From the IMG/VR virus record IMGVR_UViG_3300033412_000041: 35,002 nucleotides of DNA. One strand, 5' to 3'. The stretch is from a virus. The translations under genes were made by a program, and so were the position numbers. The notes under the pieces were generated by a model. The model did not search any database. It was given only the letters and a program-made list of their open reading frames with translations, and was not told the DNA's origin. The stretch's first letter is position 1. Every line of letters begins with the position of its first letter. This document shows, one piece after another, positions 9,538-16,372 of this stretch.

Positions 9538-9767
9538 AATAAACTATCCTTATTTTCTATAAATTTTTCATTTAATAATTTCATCTCATTACCGCTCATT
9601 TCTTTATCACATATCTTGCATACTGGCATGTTTATAATTCTATCTTTTATTCCATCACAAGATGAATATATAAATCCTTTATCTGATATGAATCCTAATC
9701 TTTTTCCTTCTATATATGAGTGGCCATATAATTTGCATATTAATTTACATAGTATATTTTTAATCAT
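9534..9767 (-). CDS. Cys-rich (zinc-binding?) small protein
   Basis: 77 aa with CKLICK...CDG...CKICD cysteine pairs. Confidence 0.4.
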   Translation of the reverse strand: MIKNILCKLICKLYGHSYIEGKRLGFISDKGFIYSSCDGIKDRIINMPVCKICDKEMSGNEMKLLNEKFIENKDSLL

Positions 9768-9776
9768 ATTTATTAC

Positions 9777-9953
9777 TCATTTATTCATTTTCTTTAAAGT
9801 TTCAGCTAATCTAGCGCGTTTTCCTAATTTACCACCTGATTTAGCAGCTTTAGCCAATTTCTTTTCTGGTATTTTCTTACCTTCAGGTACACCTAATTCT
9901 TTATGCAATGCACCTGGTTTCTTTATTGCTTTCTGTATCCATTTCTCTGCCAT
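9777..9953 (-). CDS. Small basic protein (58 aa), not in the ORF track
   Basis: My translation is MAEKWIQKAIKKPGALHKELGVPEGKKIPEKKLAKAAKSGGKLGKRARLAETLKKMNK. The ATG lies 2 nt after the terL stop, the stop is TGA at 9779-9777, and the ORF fills an otherwise empty gap. Confidence 0.5.
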   Translation of the reverse strand: MAEKWIQKAIKKPGALHKELGVPEGKKIPEKKLAKAAKSGGKLGKRARLAETLKKMNK

Positions 9954-9955
9954 AT

Positions 9956-11548
9956 TTAAAACCTCATTACTGGATTATACATATTAATTGATTTAACTTT
10001 TTGCTTATCTGCTAGGCTATCAGCAGCATATTCTAAGCACCTGTATTGTAAAGCATCGTGTGGATGAGAAGACATATTCTTGTCCGGCTTGTCTTTATAT
10101 CTTTCTTCTCCGGCTACAGCTACTCTTTTATACACATAATCTTTTGCGAATCCTCTTCTAATAATTGGAGCATTTTTCCTTGATAATAATAAACAAGGTT
10201 TGCCGTCAACCATGCGATTAAGAAAATAACGAACAGAGCTAATACGCGGATCAATGTCATTTGTTGATGCTCCGATAGTTGTAATTCCAATGTTATTTAA
10301 TTCTCCAATAGCACTAAATTCAGCCATAATTTCATCCCGTTTAACACCTGATGGATCCATTACAGATGAACCAATCTTTGGATTATACGGGAAATCTTTC
10401 TTCAATGATGGTAATACTATAGATTCAGCAAATGTTCTAATCCCCATATTCTCGGCTGTGTATTCTTTCAATATAAGAAGCTGTCCACGATCTGTAAGCT
10501 GAGTAACAACACATGCTGGAGTTAACCCACCATCCCAAGATAAATCTATTGGATCACCTTGTATTGATTCTATAACGTCTTTAGAATGCAAATCGTCGTT
10601 ATACTCTGGATAAACCTTCTTACCAAGACCAACAATTCCATATTGTCCTAAACAATATACTTTTATGAACTCTTCTGATTGACCTGTCGCTAGCTTTGAA
10701 TAGTAATCATATACTAGCTTATTTCTATCATTCTGATCAGGATGAGCTAGATTAATTGCATTATCTGCTTCTTTATTATCTTCCCATATTCCATCAACTT
10801 TAATTAATCCAGTAGGTTGTTTAAATATTCTGTAACCCTCAACAGGTTTAGCATCAAAATCCCTGTATATCCAATGGTCCTCATCAGGAGGGTTTGTATC
10901 TGCAAAAATACCAGACCAATAGTAATCGGAACAAAAAGCACGAGAAGGATAACGATGATTAAGACGTCCTTTAAGATGCGAAAGGACTCCTTGAGGAACT
11001 TCTGAAAGCTCATTTATGTATGCTCCTGTTGCTTCTAAAGATTTAAGCTTTCTTATGTCATCTTCTCTATCTAAAGCTATAAATAATAGCTCCATTTCAA
11101 CTATTCCACGTCCATCATTGAATGTATGCATATAATTTAATATTGGCTTCTGGCGCTTATAAATGTCTCCCATCTCTCCGAACCATGCCAGCCAGCTTTG
11201 TAAAGTGGTTGAATAAAGCTCTGGAGAAGTATTTCTTATGATAATCCACCTTGATTTACGCCTACCATTGCTCCAAACAGGCATATCACAAGCCTTTCTA
11301 ACCATCTTATGTAGACACATTGTAGTCTTTCCAGACCCATATGGTCCCATAACTAACTGAACAAATGAATCATCTTTCTCGAATTCTCGTCCAGTAGTTG
11401 ATGGGTAATATAATCTGTTTTGTTGAACGCCGAATTCATTCGTTGCATATATTTGGGTATGATCTTCTAAGAAGATAGCATGCTGAAATGTCTTAACGTG
11501 CCTAGATTGCTCTAGATCACGAACTCTTTGTTGCAGCTCTCTTCTCAT
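9956..11548 (-). CDS. terL: Terminase large subunit
   Basis: 530 aa. Walker A GPYGSGKTT near residue 70, Walker B-like LLFIALDRED, and a C-terminal nuclease-sized domain. Confidence 0.85.
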   Translation of the reverse strand: MRRELQQRVRDLEQSRHVKTFQHAIFLEDHTQIYATNEFGVQQNRLYYPSTTGREFEKDDSFVQLVMGPYGSGKTTMCLHKMVRKACDMPVWSNGRRKSRWIIIRNTSPELYSTTLQSWLAWFGEMGDIYKRQKPILNYMHTFNDGRGIVEMELLFIALDREDDIRKLKSLEATGAYINELSEVPQGVLSHLKGRLNHRYPSRAFCSDYYWSGIFADTNPPDEDHWIYRDFDAKPVEGYRIFKQPTGLIKVDGIWEDNKEADNAINLAHPDQNDRNKLVYDYYSKLATGQSEEFIKVYCLGQYGIVGLGKKVYPEYNDDLHSKDVIESIQGDPIDLSWDGGLTPACVVTQLTDRGQLLILKEYTAENMGIRTFAESIVLPSLKKDFPYNPKIGSSVMDPSGVKRDEIMAEFSAIGELNNIGITTIGASTNDIDPRISSVRYFLNRMVDGKPCLLLSRKNAPIIRRGFAKDYVYKRVAVAGEERYKDKPDKNMSSHPHDALQYRCLEYAADSLADKQKVKSINMYNPVMRF

Positions 11549-11714
11549 TGATTTTTACCGCATTAATTAATGACAAAGGTATTATCTTTTCGCAAGTAGT
11601 AAACCTTGATTCACAAACCAAGCACTCTCTTCTTCTAATAATTGAATTTTTCTTAGGAACATTTAACTTGTATTTAACTTTAAATCTATTTGATTTACAG
11701 TTTGGACATATCAT
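11517..11714 (-). CDS. NrdR-like zinc-ribbon protein lacking the ATP-cone
   Basis: 65 aa: MICPNCKSNRFKV...IRRRECLVCESRFTTCE. From memory this matches the NrdR N-terminus (MHCPFC...RRRRQCLVCNERFTTFE). The protein ends about 15 aa after the ribbon. Confidence 0.6.
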   Translation of the reverse strand: MICPNCKSNRFKVKYKLNVPKKNSIIRRRECLVCESRFTTCEKIIPLSLINAVKINEKRAATKSS

Positions 11715-11812
11715 GTGATTCTACACCCATTGTCTTTCTTTAAGTTTTTGCTCACTTTCTTTATTAAGCTTCTTTCTAGTTCTCTTCCCGGAACTTTTGA
11801 TATTCTCTTCAT
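11711..11812 (-). CDS. Possible 33-aa basic peptide
   Basis: My translation is MKRISKVPGRELERSLIKKVSKNLKKDNGCRIT. Its stop overlaps the next start as ATGA. No clear SD. Confidence 0.25.
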   Translation of the reverse strand: MKRISKVPGRELERSLIKKVSKNLKKDNGCRIT

Positions 11813-11831
11813 TGAATATTTTGTTTTTTCT

Positions 11832-12248
11832 TCACTTTTTCTCTTCTTCTGGTTTCTCAACATTTAAATCACCTTTTTGGATTTCTAATAATTCCACTCT
11901 TTCATTTAGCTCAATTTCCGCAGCCTTAGCGCTAAAATATCTCCAAAATGATCTTTCTAATTCCCACTCTTTTCCTCTATGCCCTTTCTCGGATTCTCTT
12001 ATCATTGATATGTTAATTGCTATACGATTACCTTCTATTTCGCGTAAAGAGCGTACCAACTTTGCATAATCTGACTCAACTTGGTTAAGAATGTCTCTAC
12101 GACCATTCCTTCTCCAATCACGAAAAGTAGATTCATGTATTCCATGCATCTCTGCAGCTATCACATAAGGAATACCCTTCTTTATTTCATTAAGAATAGC
12201 TTCTACTCTTTCTGGTTTAAACTTCGTTATCGGTCTTCCGCCTGCCAT
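11832..12248 (-). CDS. Small terminase subunit / HTH DNA-binding protein
   Basis: 138 aa. N-terminal GGRPITKF...IPYVIAAEMHGIHESTFRDWRR is a typical HTH. It is the first gene of the late operon, upstream of terL. Confidence 0.55.
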   Translation of the reverse strand: MAGGRPITKFKPERVEAILNEIKKGIPYVIAAEMHGIHESTFRDWRRNGRRDILNQVESDYAKLVRSLREIEGNRIAINISMIRESEKGHRGKEWELERSFWRYFSAKAAEIELNERVELLEIQKGDLNVEKPEEEKK

Positions 12249-12272
12249 ATATAATCACCTAAATTTTATACA

Positions 12273-12301
12273 ATTATACATAAAATATTTCTTTTTGTAA
12301 A
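12273..12301 (-). promoter_or_regulatory. Sigma70-like promoter for the minus-strand packaging/structural operon
   Basis: The minus strand reads TTTACA-N17-TATAAT (-35 at 12301-12296, -10 at 12278-12273), about 25 nt upstream of the ATG at 12248 with AGGTG as SD. Confidence 0.6.
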
Positions 12302-12314
12302 GTAATAAATAATG

Positions 12315-12343
12315 TTGACATGCATTTCAAAAAGAAATAAACT
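12315..12343 (+). promoter_or_regulatory. Sigma70-like promoter for plus-strand accessory operon A
   Basis: TTGACA (12315-12320)-N17-TAAACT (12338-12343). Lies back to back with the minus-strand promoter and is followed by GGAG and the ATG at 12377. Confidence 0.6.
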
Positions 12344-12376
12344 ATCTTTGTAAACTAACTTAACGGAGATTATATC

Positions 12377-12541
12377 ATGAAAGGAATAAGACATATCATT
12401 TTAATGCTAAGCATATTACTAATAATATCTTTTTTATCTAACATGTTATTAGCAGCAGTAGCCATCAAAACTTCATATGATGCTGCTATGCAAGCAGAAC
12501 GTATTACTCACCAAATAGAACTAATGTTTGTTAAGAGTTGA
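12377..12541 (+). CDS. Small membrane protein (54 aa), not in the track
   Basis: My translation is MKGIRHIILMLSILLIISFLSNMLLAAVAIK..., with one hydrophobic helix. GGAG lies 9 nt upstream. Confidence 0.5.
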   Translation: MKGIRHIILMLSILLIISFLSNMLLAAVAIKTSYDAAMQAERITHQIELMFVKS

Positions 12542-12548
12542 TGTATTT

Positions 12549-12704
12549 ATGAAAGAAAATTACCCTGATAAATGTTCTTGGTGTGGAAAATTCATTTCTG
12601 AGAAAGATTATGAAAATGGAGCTTATATTAAATATACTCCAGATACAGAATATTCTTTTGAGGATTATGAAGTTTGTTGTATTAAATGTAACTTAAGTGA
12701 TTGA
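12549..12704 (+). CDS. Small zinc-ribbon-like protein (51 aa), not in the track
   Basis: My translation is MKENYPDKCSWCGKFISEKDYENGAYIKYTPDTEYSFEDYEVCCIKCNLSD, containing CxxC ... CxxC. Confidence 0.45.
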   Translation: MKENYPDKCSWCGKFISEKDYENGAYIKYTPDTEYSFEDYEVCCIKCNLSD

Positions 12705-12753
12705 TTATTAATAAACAAAGATGCTCAACATTTATTAATTAAGGAGATTTAAA

Positions 12754-12921
12754 ATGAAAATAGAACTAATACACGGAAAGTTAAAAGATAACAACGTAAT
12801 TAACGTAATAGTAGAAGGAGTATCAACATTTGTTGATGCTTCACAATTCAAATCAAAAGAAATAAAGAAGTTTATGTATGAACTAGAAACAGCATTAAAT
12901 TCATGTATGGAGATTAAATAA
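12754..12921 (+). CDS. Hypothetical 55-aa protein, not in the track
   Basis: AAGGAG lies upstream. The protein ends ...CMEIK, and its stop overlaps the next ATG (TAATG). Confidence 0.45.
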   Translation: MKIELIHGKLKDNNVINVIVEGVSTFVDASQFKSKEIKKFMYELETALNSCMEIK

Positions 12922-13112
12922 TGTGGATATTTAAAGATAAACAGCTAGAAGAATTTAAACAATTCATAGAGTTAATTAAAGAAAATTAAAATCTTGAAAT
13001 AAAAGCACATGAACTTTATAAGGCTTTAAAAAAATCAGGGAATGAATTATACAAATTTACAGGAAAATACGAGCACACTTTACCTGAATATTGGATAAAG
13101 GAGATTAAATAA
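12921..13112 (+). pseudogene. 63-codon frame interrupted by an in-frame TAA (12987-12989)
   Basis: Reads MWIFKDKQLEEFKQFIELIKEN*NLEIKAHELYKALKKSGNELYKFTGKYEHTLPEYWIKEIK. The downstream 40 codons have no in-frame start but end in the same GGAGATTAAATAATG junction as neighbouring genes. Confidence 0.4.
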
Positions 13113-13288
13113 TGGAATTCGAAGAAGCATTCTCAAATTTAAGAAAAGGAAAGAAAATAGCAAGAAAATCATGGGGTAAAGACAAGTGGTTATTTTATGA
13201 TCCATTACATTTAATGGATATTTATGCAAGAAATTTTCTTTATGGTCCTCAAGACATGTTTGCCGATGACTGGGAGGTAATAGAATAA
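13112..13288 (+). CDS. DUF2829 (Tad2-like) small protein, 58 aa, not in the track
   Basis: My translation is MEFEEAFSNLRKGKKIARKSWGKDKWLFYDPLHLMDIYARNFLYGPQDMFADDWEVIE. The N-terminal xFxEAxxxLKxGKKxxRxxW and C-terminal DxxAxDWEV motifs match DUF2829 as I recall it. Confidence 0.55.
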   Translation: MEFEEAFSNLRKGKKIARKSWGKDKWLFYDPLHLMDIYARNFLYGPQDMFADDWEVIE

Positions 13289-13698
13289 TGAACATAGAAG
13301 ATCAAGTAACATCATTAGAACTCTCAAAACGACTATATGAATTAGAAGTTAAACAAGATGGTTTTTTTTCATGGTATTATCAAAAACATGATGAAGAAAA
13401 TAATTTTTATTATGGAAAAGATGGTTATTTTGAAATATATTATGGAGTACAATTTCCATCTAAAGGATATTTATATTATTCAGCATTCACCGCATCAGAG
13501 CTATTAGAATTATTACCAAGAGAAATAGATGATGATATTGGATTTTTACAAGAATTAATATTAATAAAAAGAAATCAATATTATTGCGTAGAATATTACA
13601 CATATAATGAAATTGATCAAATAGATAAAAACCCATCTAATGCTTTAGCAAAAATGCTAATCCACCTTATCGAAAACAACTTATGGGAGATTAAATAA
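13288..13698 (+). CDS. Conserved phage hypothetical protein
   Basis: 136 aa. The pattern ...TSLELSKRLYELEV...FTASELLELLP...NALAKMLIHLIENN resembles a widespread phage family of unknown function. Confidence 0.45.
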   Translation: MNIEDQVTSLELSKRLYELEVKQDGFFSWYYQKHDEENNFYYGKDGYFEIYYGVQFPSKGYLYYSAFTASELLELLPREIDDDIGFLQELILIKRNQYYCVEYYTYNEIDQIDKNPSNALAKMLIHLIENNLWEIK

Positions 13699-14000
13699 TG
13701 GAATATAAATGCGAAGAATGTAAAGACACAAAAAAAATAATGGTAGAAGGAGTAAAACTAGGAAGACAATTTTATAGTAAGAAACTAAAAAAAGTTATTA
13801 CTCCATATGAAACTGATAGTAAATGGCAATTAACTGAATGTTATTGTGTAGTAGAAGAAATAATGACTAAAAAACCAAAGAATTATCATGAAGACTGCGA
13901 CTTTCATATAGTTGACGATAATGATAATTGTTCAGGATGTGAATACAAAAGATATATTGAAAATATAATAAATGAAATAACTTTATTGGAAATTAAATAA
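13698..14000 (+). CDS. Cys-rich hypothetical protein
   Basis: 100 aa with CEEC ... CYC ... CSGC. Coupled starts and stops (TAATG). Confidence 0.45.
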   Translation: MEYKCEECKDTKKIMVEGVKLGRQFYSKKLKKVITPYETDSKWQLTECYCVVEEIMTKKPKNYHEDCDFHIVDDNDNCSGCEYKRYIENIINEITLLEIK

Positions 14001-14185
14001 TGAAAACAGAAATAGAATGGTTTAAATATAAAGAAAAAAAACCAAAAGAAGATGGATGGTGCTTGGTAATTAAATACAATAGAGCTATGGATTTTTTGTA
14101 TTATAAAAAAGATAAGTCAGAATATGATCATTTTTCTCATATTGTTTATTTATGGTCAAAAGTTGAATATCCTAAAATTTATTAA
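14000..14185 (+). CDS. Small hypothetical protein (DUF551-like?)
   Basis: 61 aa. WFKYKEKKPKEDGWCLV is reminiscent of DUF551. Last gene of operon A. Confidence 0.35.
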   Translation: MKTEIEWFKYKEKKPKEDGWCLVIKYNRAMDFLYYKKDKSEYDHFSHIVYLWSKVEYPKIY

Positions 14186-14188
14186 TAT

Positions 14189-14650
14189 CTATTTTTTTAA
14201 TCTTCCAAAAATGAAACCGGGAATTTGATCTTGGTTTCCGAAATAAAACTTATAAATCTGTCTTATATCCCAAACCAAAAATATCATCATAAGAACCAAA
14301 ATATCTTTGATAACATCATCATCAACAACATATTTTATTAATATAATATCAATAAATACGGCAAACATAGCAGTCAATGCTAATAAAGGCCTTACAAACC
14401 TCAAATAACCAGTCTCACGCGATGATTCTTCCCTAGCATTCTGTACATCAGCAACTTGAGCTTCTAGCTCCTTGAGCTTTATAATTGCGTTAGGATCACT
14501 TTCTATCTTTTTTTGTATATCTTGTGGTTTAGAGATATCTATTCCACCCAACGCATGTGATATAAGATTACCAACCAATCCTCCTGCCGGACCTCCCAAA
14601 GCGGTTCCTAAAATAGGTGCTACATTGCTTATAATAGATACAATGCTCAT
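14189..14650 (-). CDS. Holin-like membrane protein (resembles the GTA-type 3TM holin family)
   Basis: 153 aa. Gly-rich N-terminus (LGTALGGPAGGLVGNLISHALGG), a central charged helix and C-terminal TM segments. Sits directly downstream of the lysozyme gene. Confidence 0.5.
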   Translation of the reverse strand: MSIVSIISNVAPILGTALGGPAGGLVGNLISHALGGIDISKPQDIQKKIESDPNAIIKLKELEAQVADVQNAREESSRETGYLRFVRPLLALTAMFAVFIDIILIKYVVDDDVIKDILVLMMIFLVWDIRQIYKFYFGNQDQIPGFIFGRLKK

Positions 14651-14651
14651 A

Positions 14652-15068
14652 TTAAAATTCTCCCGAGTTCATAATATTAACCAATCTATTCGCCCTATTA
14701 GTAAATTCAACATACCATTTGCTATTTTTCATTTCCTTAGATGCTAAAATATAATCATTATTTTCTAATGCAATTAGCATTTTTTTAAACTTTAATATTC
14801 CTGCAATACCCATTTGATATGCCATATTCAATAAAACATACTGCCTAGAAGTATCTAAAGTAGAAAAGAATGGAATATAAGATGAAAGATCTCTACTTAA
14901 TTTTTCTATATTTAATGATAACCAATGATCAGCAACTTCTTTAGGAATTAATGTTGTGTCTAAATTAAAACCATATCCAATTGTATTAAAACCTTTCGTA
15001 TCCTTATATAGTTTAGGACAAAATCCTTCATCATTTGCTATTAGTGAATTAATTTTAAACGAATTCAT
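14652..15068 (-). CDS. Endolysin, T4-type (GH24) lysozyme
   Basis: 138 aa. Catalytic signature NDEGFCPKLYKDTKGFNTIGYG (E-x8-D-x5-T). Confidence 0.8.
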   Translation of the reverse strand: MNSFKINSLIANDEGFCPKLYKDTKGFNTIGYGFNLDTTLIPKEVADHWLSLNIEKLSRDLSSYIPFFSTLDTSRQYVLLNMAYQMGIAGILKFKKMLIALENNDYILASKEMKNSKWYVEFTNRANRLVNIMNSGEF

Positions 15069-15096
15069 ATAATATCCTAACTTTTATTGTTAAGAT

Positions 15097-15105
15097 ATTA
15101 TATCA
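15097..15105 (-). promoter_or_regulatory. Extended -10 promoter (minus strand TGATATAAT) upstream of the lysis cassette
   Basis: Read in the 76-nt gap upstream of the lysozyme gene, followed by AGGATATTAT-ATG. Confidence 0.45.
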
Positions 15106-15144
15106 CATTTTGAATATCATAAAAAATTGAAACAATAACTATAT

Positions 15145-15360
15145 TTAAAATTTTGAAAAATATATAGATTTTCCTCTTGCTGTTTTTCTCATATTTTTCA
15201 TGTGATTCATTATAATTAAACCATCTTTATCATAATTTTTTTTACATAAATTTATACAAAAATCTATGTCAGAATCATTAATATTATTATTATCTATAAC
15301 AATATGCAAATTATTTCCTTGGTAATTTTTTATTAATTTCCCTAGTTCCATTGAGTTCAT
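15145..15360 (-). CDS. Hypothetical protein
   Basis: 71-aa ORF abutting the upstream gene (its start at 15360 follows that gene's stop, 15361-15363, directly). Confidence 0.4.
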   Translation of the reverse strand: MNSMELGKLIKNYQGNNLHIVIDNNNINDSDIDFCINLCKKNYDKDGLIIMNHMKNMRKTARGKSIYFSKF

Positions 15361-15678
15361 CTAGAAGTCTCCTTTCTCAACGATTTTAATCTTAACTGGA
15401 TATAAATCTTCCACAATTTTAACTTTAATCTTGAAAGTTTCCGTGGCCATACCCTTGACGTCCACAAAATCAACCGTACAATCTGAATTAAAAACTTGAA
15501 AATCAACAACATACTTAACACCGCCCGGTAAATGAAAAGGAACTTGCCTCAAGAAGAACAAAACTTCACCACTTTTCTGTAATAACTCTAAATATTTAAA
15601 ATATTTCCACTCCAATGTGCTCGGAAAACGATGTCCATCATCGTTAACTGCCTTAGCTTTAAATTTATGACTAATCAT
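15361..15678 (-). CDS. DUF1064-family protein (putative nuclease / junction resolvase-like)
   Basis: The track start (15711) is a TTG. An ATG at 15678 has GGGAG upstream. The motifs KFKAKAV..DGHRFPSTLEWKYFKYLELLQKSGEV..QVPFHL...DFVDVKG match DUF1064 from memory. Confidence 0.55.
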   Translation of the reverse strand: MISHKFKAKAVNDDGHRFPSTLEWKYFKYLELLQKSGEVLFFLRQVPFHLPGGVKYVVDFQVFNSDCTVDFVDVKGMATETFKIKVKIVEDLYPVKIKIVEKGDF

Positions 15679-15868
15679 TAAATAAATACTCCCATGTTTT
15701 TTCCATGACAAATATAAGTTGTAACAAAACTAAAGGAAATATTAATATAAAAACACAAATACCAATAATTGTATTTATTGAAATAATCTTCATTAATATT
15801 GAGCAAATAAGACTACTAAATAAATACTCTATAGATGCAATTATAAACATAAGATATATTTTCATCAT
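15671..15868 (-). CDS. Small membrane protein
   Basis: 65 aa, almost entirely hydrophobic with two predicted TM helices. Confidence 0.4.
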   Translation of the reverse strand: MMKIYLMFIIASIEYLFSSLICSILMKIISINTIIGICVFILIFPLVLLQLIFVMEKTWEYLFND

Positions 15869-16056
15869 AAAACACCTTCTTTGTTTTCTTCACTATAATC
15901 AGGAATTTCAATCAAAGTATCACAAGGTTTACTACACTTCTTACAAATATAATACGCAGATCCACTATCTGCGTATTGAACAAAAACTTTACTTTTACAA
16001 CATCTGCTTACTATTGGATCTCCGTACAACTTTTTCAATAAATTTAAACTACTCAC
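15865..16056 (-). CDS. Small zinc-ribbon protein
   Basis: 63 aa with CC...C..C pairs (RCCKSK...YICKKCSKPC). Confidence 0.4.
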   Translation of the reverse strand: MSSLNLLKKLYGDPIVSRCCKSKVFVQYADSGSAYYICKKCSKPCDTLIEIPDYSEENKEGVL

Positions 16057-16372
16057 CTACCACCTCCCAATCGTCTTCTATTAAATCCGATGAAAAAATA
16101 GGTAATTTAAGATTATAATTTTCATCTTTAATTAATTGATAATGTTTATGTAAATTATATTCCTTATTCCATACTTTTCTTCTAATATTTTTACCATTCT
16201 TAAAATCTTCAAAAACTTGATCAAATGTTTTTCCTGGTTCTTCTATTACTTCCCCATTTTTTTCTATTTGAACAAAATCATCTGCAAAATTATTTGGACC
16301 TTTTTCTTGTATATTAAACAAACTTTTAACTAATTCTAAATTAGCCGCTTCCATTGCTTCTTCAAATTTCAT
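16049..16372 (-). CDS. DUF2829 (Tad2-like) protein with a degenerate N-terminal duplicate
   Basis: 107 aa. The C-terminal half TFDQVFEDFKNGKNIRRKVWNKEY...SSDLIEDDWEVV fits DUF2829. The N-terminal 48 aa start MKFEEAMEAA and end FADDFVQIE, echoing the same domain ends. Confidence 0.5.
   Translation of the reverse strand: MKFEEAMEAANLELVKSLFNIQEKGPNNFADDFVQIEKNGEVIEEPGKTFDQVFEDFKNGKNIRRKVWNKEYNLHKHYQLIKDENYNLKLPIFSSDLIEDDWEVVGE

Noticed and set aside
9374-9987. Plus-strand track ORFs 9374..9562 and 9616..9987
   Set aside because: They are antisense to tightly packed minus-strand genes. Their hydrophobic, low-complexity translations are typical of AT-rich antisense frames.
13080-13295. Track ORF of 71 aa on the minus strand
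   Set aside because: It is antisense to a coupled plus-strand operon and to the well-motivated DUF2829-like ORF, and it has no RBS.
14183-14191. Missing terminators at the two convergent operon junctions (14185/14189 and 24299/24302, the latter overlapping in TTAA)
   Set aside because: This is a real observation, but probably just genome compaction. I have no evidence of a specific mechanism.
15705-16118. 137-aa plus-strand ORF across the early operon
   Set aside because: It is antisense to several coupled minus-strand genes, and its I/N/K/Y-rich translation is typical of AT-rich noise.
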